Shown here piece by piece: positions 25,620 through 36,800 of a DNA stretch of 64,000 nt. The notes beneath the pieces were generated by a model, which searched no databases, was not told where the DNA came from, and saw nothing but the letters and a program-made list of their open reading frames with translations. The DNA is from Octopus sinensis (taxonomy: Eukaryota): contig NC_043001.1 in assembly GCF_006345805.1 (NCBI RefSeq), positions 89,094,001 through 89,158,000 on the forward strand, read 5' to 3'. Numbering within the stretch: position 1 is the stretch's first letter; the number at the start of each line of letters is the position of its first letter. The position numbers and the translations under genes were made by a program.

Positions 25620-26095
25620 CCTTTAAATCATCTCTGCTGTTAGAGAATGTATCATAATTACCAAATAGCAATTAAGACCATCTCTAGCTGAGAAGGGGAG
25701 ATGATTATTAACCATTGTGCCAACAACCACCTTGAGCACCTTTTTGAGCTCCATGTGTCTAACACGCGTGGGCTTACCTACAAAGTCAGAAAACAGCACA
25801 GCTCCCATGACTCTCAGAAACATTTTTCACCCTTGGAGTTGCTGAAGTATGGAACAAACTACCTGCATCAGTTGTTAGTTGCCTAGACATTGCATCCTTT
25901 AAAACCTCTATGCTTCTTGAAATTCGCCAACACTTCACCTGATATTCCCCGCTCCATTACCATTCACATATGTATATTATGACTCATACACTGTTCACTT
26001 TCCTGACTTTTGTACATAATTCTATGTACTGTACATGCACCTTTGATGAGTTGTAGTGCACCTGAGCACTGTATACAATAATTTCATTAGTATTT
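25620..26095 (+). mobile_element. CR1-like LINE 3' end; second copy at ~57870-58240 (-)
   Basis: HLFELHVSNTRG..YKVRKQHSSHD.RKHFF.LRVAE.WNKLPASVV is the typical CR1-group C-terminus and is present in both copies. Confidence 0.8.
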
Positions 26096-26296
26096 TATTA
26101 CCTACTGAAGAGTACAAATTTGACCATTATGATGTTCTGTATATGAGAATCTGGGTCCATTTTTTACAGAAGCAATTGTATAGGAATATGAAAATAAAAA
26201 CTAAAATCCATTTTAACATCCTATCTTCATTTCATTAATATGAATGAATTTGTTGAACTTTGTTTAATAAGTTGAGTCGTATACTGATTATATATA

Positions 26297-26470
26297 TACA
26301 AGGGACTGCAAAAAAAACTCCTGACTTTGGGTAAAAGAAAATACAGGAAGATCAGTTTATTATGGTTTTATTCAACATATTCCCCTCAGATTCACACACT
26401 TATTGCAGCGTCCTTCAGTTTTTCTAAGCTCTGTAAAAGGAACTCAGAAGGTTTGGCCTTCAACCAATTG
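26297..26470 (-). mobile_element. Mariner 3'-end relic
   Basis: Minus strand encodes ..KCVNLRGICWI-like tail (consensus RW.KCV.L.GEYVE*) next to a TA-CAAGGG..AAAAA.TCCTG TIR-like end. Confidence 0.5.
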
Positions 26471-26499
26471 CTAAACCTTGCTAAGATAAATATTTCAAT

Positions 26500-26567
26500 T
26501 ACCTGAAGATTGACTGAACCATAACTCGAATTATTACGAATTGGATAGCCATGAAACGATCGTAGTG
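26500..26567 (+). ncRNA. Type I hammerhead ribozyme motif
   Basis: TAC CTGAAGA TTGACT...AGCCAT GAAAC GATC GTA GTG; stem III ACGATCGT is a palindrome, stem I TAC/GTG. Confidence 0.65.
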
Positions 26568-26698
26568 TTTTACTCATTATCTTTTATTAAATTTTTAATA
26601 CTTTTGATATATATTTAAAATAATATAAATTAATTTTATGTATTGGCTTAAGTTTTTCATTGTTTGATTTGCCTAATAGTGGTTTTATCTCTAATTTA

Positions 26699-26773
<75 letters not shown>

Positions 26774-26847
26774 TTATATATAAAAGAAGAAAAGAAAATG
26801 GAGATTGGGAAGTTAATTGTTTATTATTAACAGCAAATTAATCATCA

Positions 26848-26908
26848 TCCCTTACAACTGTTTCAATTAATACTCAGTAAATATGACCTGCACATATCTT
26901 CAGGGGGG
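26848..26908 (-). ncRNA. Type I hammerhead motif (left arm)
   Basis: Minus strand reads CCCC CTGAAGA T...AAT T GAAAC AGTT GTA AGGG. Confidence 0.6.
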
Positions 26909-27012
26909 CAAAATATACCCTTGGATGGTTTATGGATTTATTATAAACTGTATCATTCAGTCTGCTATAGTGAATTCATAAATACATTTAAGATATCCAG
27001 GGATATATTTTT

Positions 27013-27098
27013 CCCCCTCTGAAGACATTATACTCAGGCCATATAAATTTAATATTTGCTTAATATTTACTGAGTACTAATTGAAACAGCTGTATGGG
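27013..27098 (+). ncRNA. Type I hammerhead motif (right arm)
   Basis: CCCT CTGAAGA C ATTA TACTCAG...CTGAGTA C TAAT T GAAAC AGCT GTA TGGG; stem III ACAGCTGT is a palindrome. Confidence 0.7.
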
Positions 27099-27369
27099 AT
27101 GATTAATTTGCTGTTAATAACAAACAATTATTAATTTACCAATCTCCATTTTCTTTTCTTTTATTTGAATATAAACTACATATTTTTATATATATACCTA
27201 TTATTTCAAGGAAATTAATTCCCCAAAAATACTAAGTATTGAACCAGTATTTCCTTGGATGAACTATCCCTTCATGAGGTTAACAACCTCTAATCAAATT
27301 ATATATGTATTATATATATATATATATATCTAATATTATATATTATATATATATTTTATATATAGAAGG

Positions 27370-27423
27370 AGCTTCTACAGGACTAGTACGTTTTCATTCA
27401 AGAGAAATCTTCTTCAGGAAGCT
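27370..27423 (-). ncRNA. Type I hammerhead motif at the left palindrome end
   Basis: Minus strand reads AGCTTC CTGAAGA AGATTTCTCTTGAAT GAAAAC GTACTAGTCCT GTA GAAGCT. Confidence 0.6.
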
Positions 27424-27749
27424 ATTTAACAAGAATTGTATTAGCATTTATACATTTAGGCAGGTTTAAAGGAGTGGTGGTGGGGACTTTTTTGGGGTAG
27501 GCATAGCGCGCAAATATCGTACTTGGGGGTGGTCAGGGAGTCAGTGGTAAGTTAGGTGAAAGAATAGATAAATAAAAAAATACAAATAAAAAAACATAAA
27601 AAATAAAAAATAAAAAATAAAAAAAATAAATAAATGTGTGCACATACATACATAAACACATATACATACACACACACATACGTACACATGTGTGCCTATA
27701 CATACCTACACATACACACTACACATACATATATATATATATATATATA

Positions 27750-27799
<50 letters not shown>

Positions 27800-29400
27800 C
27801 CAATCCAATACAGGCCCATTCCCTAATTTTAATTTATTATCTTCATTTATTACTTTTGTTATTTTTGATCGCTAGAGCTAAGGATCCTGGCGATGGCAGC
27901 ATGTCCAAATTGTCTGTCTACTAGAAGGCAAGTACTCGTTCCCGCACGCACACTCATTAGCACGTACATACCCCATTCGTACACTCATACACATACCGTA
28001 CGCACGCGTTATATTCATACATACAAACATCTACATACGTTCACTATATACACATACGTACTCGTACCTACCTAGATTCATGTCTACACTTTAGGAGGCT
28101 AGTCTATATATATACACCAATAATATACATATATATATATAATATATACATATATATATATATATACACATTACACATACACACACACACACACATATAT
28201 ATACCCTACATACAGATAATACCCATATATATATATATATATATAATAACCCACACATACATGTACAATATATATATTACATACACATACATATAATATA
28301 TATATATCATATTATATTACATAATCATACATACATACACACACACCCATATATATACACACATACATCACATATATACATACACAACAGATATACACAC
28401 TATTATATAAATATACGTATATACACACATACATACCACACCTACATACATATACACACAAACACATACATACGTAAACATACATACATACATCCATACA
28501 TCCATACTTACATGCACTTATACGCATACACACACCCCATCTATATATATATTATATATATATATTAATATAATTATATATATATATACACACTCACACA
28601 TACATATACAAATATACGCCCACACATACATACATACATACACGTATACGCATACACGCACATACACCATATACATGCGTACCCATACACGTGCCCGCAC
28701 GCACATGCATCATATGTATACACACACCACAACATATATACACGTGTGCAAGTATACATACATACTCATACACGCACACATACTTACATATACATATATG
28801 CACACACTTACACACATATATACATACACACTATACATGCATACATACATATATGCATACATACACATACACGCACATACCATATACACAATGCGTACCC
28901 ATACACGTGCACGCACCACGCGCTCCATATATATACACACGCACACATATATATACACGTGTGCAAGCATACATACATACTCATACACGCGCACATACTT
29001 ACATATACATATATGCACACACTTACACACATATATACATACACATATACATGCATACATACATATATTCATACATACACACACGCGCACTCATATATAC
29101 ATAATATATATAACACACACATACGCTTATATACATATACATATATATATTATATAATATATATATCTATATATTATATATATACACATATACACATACA
29201 CACATATATATACATACATATACACATACATATATATACACATATACACATACACATACATGCACACATACACACACATACACATAACATGTATGTATAT
29301 GTATGTATATGTGTGTGTATGTGTGCATGTAGTGTATGTGTATATGTGTATATATATGTATGTGTATATGTATGTATATATATGTGTGTTGTATGTGTAT

Positions 29401-29443
<43 letters not shown>

Positions 29444-29993
29444 TATTATATATATATATATGTATATGTATATAAGCGTATGTGTGTGTATATATATATA
29501 TGTATATAGAGTGCGCGTGTGTGTATGTATGCATTATGTATGTATGCATGTATTGTGTATGTTATTGTGTGTAAGTGTGTGCATATATGTATATGTAAGA
29601 TGTGCGCGTGTATGAGTATGTATGTATGCTTGCACACGTGTTATATATGTGTGCGTGTGTATAATATGGATGCGCGTGCGTGCGTGCACGTGTATGGGTA
29701 CGCATGTGTATATGTGTATGTGCGTGTTGTATGTATGCATATATGTATGTATGCATGTATATGTGTATGTATATATGTGTGTAAGTGTGTGCATATATGT
29801 ATATGTAAGTATGTGTGCGTGTATGAGTATGTATGTATGCTTGCACACGGTATATATGTGTGTGTGTGTATACATATGGATGCATGTGCGTGTGGGCACG
29901 TGTATGGGTACGCATGTATATGTGTATGTGCGTGTATGCGTATACGTGTATGTATGTATGTATGTGTGGGCGTAATTTGATATGTATGTGTGA

Positions 29994-30030
<37 letters not shown>

Positions 30031-30410
30031 TATATATATATAGATGGGGGTGTGGTATGTATGTATAAGTGCATGTAAGTATGGATGTATGGATGTATGT
30101 ATGTATGTTTACGTATGTATGTGTTTGTGTGTATATGTATGTAGGTGTGTGTATGTATGTGTGTATATACGTATATATATATATATGTGTGTATATAGTT
30201 TGTGTATGTATATATATGTGTATGTATGTGTGTGATATATATATGGGTGTGTGTGTATGTATGTATGTATATATGTATATATATATGTATATATATATAT
30301 AATGTATGTGTATGATATATATATATATGTACATGTATGTGTGGGTATATATTATATATATATATATGGGTATGATCTGTATGTAGGGTATAGGATATAT
30401 ATGTGTGTGG

Positions 30411-30463
<53 letters not shown>

Positions 30464-30809
30464 TGTATATTATTGGTTTATATATATAGACTAGCCTCCT
30501 AAAGTGTAGACATGAATCTGTAGGTACGAGTACGATGTGTATATACGTGACGTATGTGATTTGTATGTATGAATATAACGCGTGCGTACGTGTATGTGTA
30601 TGAGTGTACGAATGGGTGTATGTACGTGTTAATGAGTGTTGCGGCGGGAACGAACTTGCCTTCTAGTAGACAGACAATTTGGACATGCTGCCATCGCCAG
30701 GATCCTTAGCTCTAGCGATCAAAGATAACAAAAGTAATAAAGAAGATAATAAAATTAAAATTAGGGAATGGGCCTGTATTGGATTGTGTATATATATATA
30801 TATATAATG

Positions 30810-30843
<34 letters not shown>

Positions 30844-31175
30844 GTGTATATATATATAATATATATATATTATGTATGTGTATGTGTGTATGTGTAGGTA
30901 TGTATAGGCACACATGTGTACGTATGTGTGTGTGTATGTATATGTGTTTATGTATGTATGTGCACACATTTTTTTATTTTTTTTATTTTTTTATTTTTTA
31001 TTTTTTATTTTTTATTATTTTTTTATTATCTATTCTTTCACCTAACTTACCACTGACTCCCTGACCACTCCCCCAGTACGATATTTTGCGCTATGCATAC
31101 CCCCAAAAAAGTCCCCCACCACCACTCCTTTAAACCTGCCTAAATGTATAAATGCTAATACAATTCTTGTTAAAT

Positions 31176-31226
31176 AGCTTCCTGAAGATTTCTCTTGAAT
31201 GAAACAGTACTAGTCCTGTAGAAGCT
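31176..31226 (+). ncRNA. Type I hammerhead ribozyme motif in a Penelope-like repeat (~31030-31317)
   Basis: AGCTTC CTGAAGA TTTCTCTTGAAT GAAAC AGTACTAGTCCT GTA GAAGCT; perfect 6-bp stem I and a 16-nt near-palindromic stem III. Confidence 0.75.
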
Positions 31227-31429
31227 CCTTCATATAATAAATTAATTTTACTCTGCTATGTATTGAGTACCTTACTTACTGTGGTTAACCCCGGATCAAC
31301 CCGGGACCTACATATATATATATATATATATATGTATTATATATATCCTACTTGTGTCTGTTATATAAAATTTTTATTGATTTGCTACATAACAGCATTA
31401 TTGCTTGCTGGCCACTAATATTATTGTTA

Positions 31430-31464
<35 letters not shown>

Positions 31465-31800
31465 TATTAATTATATATTTACGGCTAATGATAATAATAA
31501 TAATAATTCTATATGAATATCCATTCAAATATTTATTCACTTATCGTGAATTTATGGACCAAAATTGTTTTGAATTTGACGCAAGCCTGTTTAATGCTTA
31601 ACAGACACAAACGAGGTGGAGTAGGATTTTAACATTGGGTATTTAGTAAGACCTGCTGAGGAGAATGGAGGAGTAATCCAGAATTCAAAATCATGATGCA
31701 GGTATATCTATTACCTAATTCTACACCTTTCAGCTGAATTAAAATGTTAAATTTTTTCTGTTCGTTTGCTCAATTTCTGTTGGTCTCTTATGGTTTTCAG

Positions 31801-31849
31801 TGGGTTTGGTGGCCTTTTGAGTATTTTAACTCTTATTTCTAGCAAGCTG
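31801..31849 (+). other. Candidate 49-nt exon, preceded by a possible 99-nt intron (31702-31800)
   Basis: CAG|GTATAT at 31701/2, pyrimidine tract and TTTTCAG| at 31800, CTG|GTACGT at 31849/50. Confidence 0.25.
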
Positions 31850-32222
31850 GTACGTTGTGTACCCTCTATTATGATTATTTATTAATTATAAAATTTTATA
31901 TATATATGTGCTGGTGGCACATAAAAAGCACCATTCGAACGTGGCTGATGCCAGCGCTGCCTTGACTGGCTTCTGCACCGGTGGCACGTAAAAAGCACCA
32001 ACCAATCGTGGCCACTGCCAGCCTCCCCTTGCACATAAAAAGCATCCACTACACTCATGGAGTGGTTAGCGTTAGGAAGGGCATCCAGCTGTAGAAACAC
32101 TGCCAGAACAGACTGGAGCCTGGTGCAGCCCCTGGCTTCCCAGACCCTGGCCGAACCGTCCAACCCATGCTAGCACGGAAAACGGATGTTAAACGACGAT
32201 GATAATACACCATTGATTTTAT

Positions 32223-32415
32223 GTTAAGAAAAGTAAGAAAATATCCTAGTGTCTTAATTTTTTGATCTGATCACATGGAGAAAGGTGTTCATCTCCATTT
32301 TGGAAACACAGCCTCGTTTAGTTCATGGAGATTTCTAAAATGGAGGCAAACATCTTTCTCCAAAGGATCAGCTTGAAAAATTAAGACACTGAGATATTTT
32401 CCTACTTTTCTTAAC
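32223..32415. mobile_element. Hairpin-forming MITE-like element
   Basis: GTTAAGAAAAGTA.GAAAATATC..AGTGTCTTAATTTTT versus AAAAATTAAGACACT..GATATTTTC.TACTTTTCTTAAC, with further internal inverted pairing. Confidence 0.65.
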
Positions 32416-32664
32416 GTGGTAGCCTTAATAAAGAAATTATATCCACCAATGCAATGTCGCACTCATTTTCATCGTTCAACATTTACGTGTATATATATAC
32501 ATATATATATATATTTGTTGAAATGGAAAGATGAATTATCTTGTTACGGATTATTCAAAAGTTTAACCGATACCTGGGTAGCAAAAATCACAGCAGAAAA
32601 ACACGGTTGGAGTTATGACCATAGGGTGTTGCAACCGTGCGTTGGCGCGGATAATTGAAGTTTA

Positions 32665-32843
32665 ATATAATTAGTGAATGGAAGAAATGGAGCTGAACGA
32701 AGATTCTACAGAATTCCTTTTATTACATTCTATGGTATCCTTATTCAATCAGAATTTGGAAATTTGTGGCCTTTGAAACATGTGTAGAATGTAATAAAAG
32801 GAATTCTGTAGAATCTTCGTTCAGCTCCATTTCTTCCATTCAC

Positions 32844-32852
<9 letters not shown>
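32665..32852. repeat. Perfect 68-bp inverted repeat with 52-bp spacer
   Basis: 32665-32732 is the reverse complement of 32785-32852. Confidence 0.95.
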
Positions 32853-32877
<25 letters not shown>

Positions 32878-32879
<2 letters not shown>

Positions 32880-33274
32880 GGGTAATGGAACAATAACTCC
32901 CTATTTTAAAATACTTATAAATTATTTATTAATTGTGATGTTTTTCCTCAAATATTTTGTGTTTATATTTTTTGAAGTATGAGAATTTAACCTATAATCA
33001 GGGTTGGTTAAAGGAACTATTCTACTGTACCAAATCAAAGACTTTTGAAGAGCAAATACGAGACGTTATGTCTTCTTTCATCCCACAAGAGTTCTTGGTG
33101 AAATAAGTTGACACAATTCCTGGGCAACTCAAGAAGCTGGTGGCAACATCAGGAGTCCATATCAAATTTTAAATAAAACCTCATACTAAAAACCTTCTCA
33201 TATCCATTTTTTTGTAAAAATTAGTATTAATAAATAATTATTTCAAAATAAGAAATTACTTTTCAATCACCCTG
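32878..33274. mobile_element. Tc1/mariner-like MITE
   Basis: Left CAGGGTAATGGAACAATAACTCCCTATTTTAAAATA versus right-end reverse complement CAGGGTGATTGAAAAGTAATTTCTTATTTTGAAATA. Confidence 0.6.
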
Positions 33275-33278
33275 ATGT

Positions 33279-36200
33279 ATCATCATCATCATCATCATCG
33301 TTTAACGTCCGTTTTCCGCGCTAGCACGGGTTGGACGGTTCGACCGGGGTCTGGGAAGCCAGGGGCCGCACCAGGCTCCAGTTTGATTTGGCAGAGTTTC
33401 TACGGCTGGATGCCCTTCCTAACGCCAACCACTCCGGGGGGTCCGGCATTGGTCGCGATCGGTTCGAGCTTTTAACGTGCCAGCGGCACGGGGGCAACTG
33501 GGTCCGGGGTACTTTGGGGGTCCGGGGTACTTTGGGGATCCGGGGTACTTTGAATGGGTAGGGGGTATGTGGAATTGCTGCAGAAAGCAGCCCGGGTCTT
33601 TGCAGTCACAGCATATCTCCAGAGATCTCGGTCTTTCGCCATTGCCTCAGTGAGGCCCAATGCTCTGAGGTCATGCTTGACTACCTCATCCCATGTCTTC
33701 CTGGGTCTACCTCTCCCCCTGATACCTTCAACTGTTTGGGAGTGGCACTTCTTCACACATCTCTCTTCATCCATCCGCAGCACATGACCATACCATCGCA
33801 AGCGTCGCTCTTGCACACCACATCTGATGCTTCTTATATCCAGCATTTCTCTTAGGATGCTTACACTCTGTCTTGCATGCACACTGACACTACACATCCA
33901 GCGGATCATGCTAGCTTCATTTCTTTCAAGTCTACGCATGTCCTCTGCAGTCACTGCCCATGTTTCATTACCGTGAAGCATGGCAGTTCGCACACATGCA
34001 TCATACAATCTACCTTTCGCTCTGAGGGAGAGACCTTTTGTTGCCAGTAGGGGTAGGAGCTTTCTGAACTTTGCCCAGGCTATTCGTATTCTAGTGGTGA
34101 TACTCTATGTGCAACCACCTCCGCTACTAACTTGGTCACCCAGGTAGCGGAAACTATCAACTACTTCTAGTTTCTCTCCCTGGAGTGTGATGGAATCTGT
34201 TTTCTGAGTGTCTGTTGTGTCTATTGTCCCTGTGCATCTGCCGCACATGAAAGCTATCTTATCTGTTAATTTCCCTTTAATGTTGCTGCACCTCTTATGT
34301 GTCCATAACTTACATTGGGTGCATCTTATGGAGTTTCTACCTGTACCTTTCCTACAGATTGAGCAGGGCCACCTACCCGAGGGGGTGTGTGCTGAGTACC
34401 TCTTGCTGCTTACTAATACTTTGGTCTTTGCTACATTTATTCTAAGGCCCTTTGATTCCAACCCTTGCTTCCACACCCGAAATTTCTCTTCTAGTTCCGG
34501 TAGTGATTCTGCTATGAGAGCTAGGTCATCGGCATAGAGGCACAGAGGAGCTCCCAGGGGCATCCCGTTTTGAATTCCTCTGTTATTGCCTGAAGGACTA
34601 TGATGAATAAAAGGGGACTGAGGGCTGAGCCCTGGTGCACACCTACTTCTACCCGGAATTCTTCACTATATTCGTTGCCAATCCTAACCTTGCTGACAGC
34701 CTCTCTGTATAGAGCCTGTACAGCCCTTATTAGCCATTCTTCAATCTCCAGTTTCCGCATCGACCACCAGATGAGGGAACGGGGAACCCTGTCAAAGGCT
34801 TTCTCCAAGTCTACAAAAGCTATGTAGAGGGGTTTATCTTTAGCTAGGTACTTCTCCTGCAGTTGTCGGACCAGGAATATAGCATCAGTGGTGCTTCTAC
34901 CTGGTACAAAACCGAACTGCATTTCATCTAAACAAATTCTCTCCCTAATGAGATGGGTTATGACCTTCTCTGAGACCTTCATCACCTGGTCCAACAGTTT
35001 GATACCTCTGTAGTTATTTCTATCTAGAGCATCACCCTTACCCTTGTAGCAGTTGACTATGGTGCTGCTGCACCAGTCATTGGGTATGACTCCATTGTGA
35101 ACTACCTGGTTTACAATGCGGGTGACTATGGTATAGCCCACATAGCCAGCTGTTTTAAGCATCTCAGCAGTGATTCCTGATAGGCCAGGGGCTTTGCCTG
35201 GTTTCATATCCTTAATTGCCTTATCTACAAGGGAGCTGTCTATTCGGGTAGCTGGTCCCTCTACTGGGTCAACATTGGCAGGCTCTCTCCTCCCATTCAT
35301 TCTCCTCATTCAGCAGTCTTTCATAATGGCTTCTCCAAGCCTCTTTCTTTTCACTAGCAGTAAAAGCAAGTGCCCCATCATCCATGCGGACACATTTCTC
35401 TCCTATAACATCACTATTTTCTCTGACACACTGTCTGGCAATCCGAAATACTTCAGCTCTTTGATCCTCGCGTCGCTGGACATTGGCAAACTTCTTCTTT
35501 TCTGCTACGTCTTTGGCTATGTATACCTGCCGCCCAGCCTCCCTTTTGGCTATCTGGTACAGTTCCCTGCTGCCCCCATCCTTCCAGGCTTTCAGGCCCG
35601 TCTCTTTTTACAGATGGCTTTATCTACTGCACTATTCCACCACCACGTAATTCTAGGTTTGGAAGGGACTTTGCACCATCCACAGACTCGGTCTGTGGCA
35701 CTCAGCAAGCTGTCCCGTAGGAATTCCCAGCTACCTTCTATGTCTGACGTCTGAAGCTCCTCCCCCCTCTCATCAAATTTCTTGATGAGTATGTCCCTAA
35801 ATTTCTGACCATGTGAAGGGTTCTTTAGCCTCCAAATCCTTCTTTTCTGGATTGGTTTGTTTCTTGGAGTCCTTCTGGCCTCAAGCTTAAAGTCACTGAT
35901 GATTAGCCTATGCTGAGGGATACATTCTTCACCCGGGAGGGTCTTTGTATTCAAGAGCAACCCTGCATCCCGCTGTCTCCGCAAGGAGAATGCCTACACC
36001 CCCTACACCTTCCACGTTACCTTGCCAGAAGAGTTTGTACCTAAGTGCCTTGCCCGTGAGGACCCTAGCCGAAGCACCTCTCCATCTTACCTCTTGTATG
36101 CAGCATACATCAACCTGTCTTCTCTCTAGCATCTCTACAATCTCACTAGACTTGCCTGTCAATGTACCAACATTGATAGTGCCAACTCTGAAAACTGGGA

Positions 36201-36800
36201 AGGAGATGTGGGGGGAGGGGGGGGGGAATTCAGCGCCTGAGAAGAGGAGGTTTGTTGTGGTGGTGATAGTTTTCGTAGCATTTTTCTTTTGATCTCTCTT
36301 CCGACCTGTCCACGCCGTGGACAGGAGCTGGTGTTAGCAGTGGACATTCGTTATCGTCACTGAGTAACGAAATTAGGTAGCGTATTAAGGAGGAAAAATA
36401 CAGATATTCTAGAGTTGAGTTGGGGGGGGGTCCAGCTGAGAAAGGTTTTACCAGTGAAAAGAGAGGGAGAGATAGTAGAAGGGGTGCGGTCAGGGAAGGT
36501 TGGGGTAAGGAGGAACGATGGCAGGAAGGGTTGGTGTAGGTTCGTAAGAAATAAAAACGTAGGATATTACGGAGGGGACTGGAAGGAGATAGTCGGATTG
36601 AGGCAGTGTCAGGAGGAAGCGTAAGATCAGTGGGCAGTTGATGAGCTGTGGCGCTAGCAGCTTGTCTTTTCACAGTGAAAGCATATGAGGAGAAGGGGTA
36701 GGAAGGGGGGAGGAGGGAGTAGGGCGTATCCGGTGTAGATGGTGAGAACAGTGTTCACCGGTATTGGTGGTGGGGGGGGGTGGGGTCGGGCGCACCGTCG
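33279..36800 (-). mobile_element. Near-full-length RTE-clade LINE (5'UTR, APE-RT ORF, 3'UTR, (GAT)n tail), defective
   Basis: Ordered APE and RT fragments on the minus strand, ending in the shared RTE 3' terminus. Confidence 0.95.
33472..36347 (-). pseudogene. RTE endonuclease/reverse-transcriptase ORF, broken by frameshifts and internal deletions
   Basis: VGTINVGTLTGKSSEIVEMLERRQVDVCCIQEVRW (APE), QFGFVPGRSTTDAIF, AFVDLEKAFDRVP, GVHQGSALSPLLF, YADD, RLRWYGHV, GRGRPRKTW; an 8-nt insertion at ~34538-34545 sits just before YADD. Confidence 0.95.

Larger units (their letters stand above)
26771..27179. mobile_element. Inverted pair of Penelope-like repeat fragments (arms ~26771-26935 and ~26995-27179)
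   Basis: AAGAAAAGAAAATGGAGATTGG...CAGCAAATTAATCATC versus its reverse complement; flanked by (AT)n/(AG)n. Confidence 0.8.
27362..31232. repeat. ~3.9-kb imperfect palindrome, centre near 29280, interior mostly (CA/TA)-type low complexity
   Basis: 27365-27570 is the reverse complement of 31025-31230; 27800-28095 is the reverse complement of 30490-30790. Confidence 0.9.

Noticed and set aside
27634-30969. Many long His/Thr/Tyr/Ile- or Val/Cys/Met-rich ORFs (up to 289 aa)
   Set aside because: Translations of (CA/TA/TG) low-complexity DNA that lacks stop codons on both strands; no protein signal.
36350-36800. HDV-like ribozyme in the RTE 5'UTR (known from some RTE elements)
   Set aside because: I could not identify the nested double pseudoknot by eye; an RNArobo HDV descriptor search would be needed.
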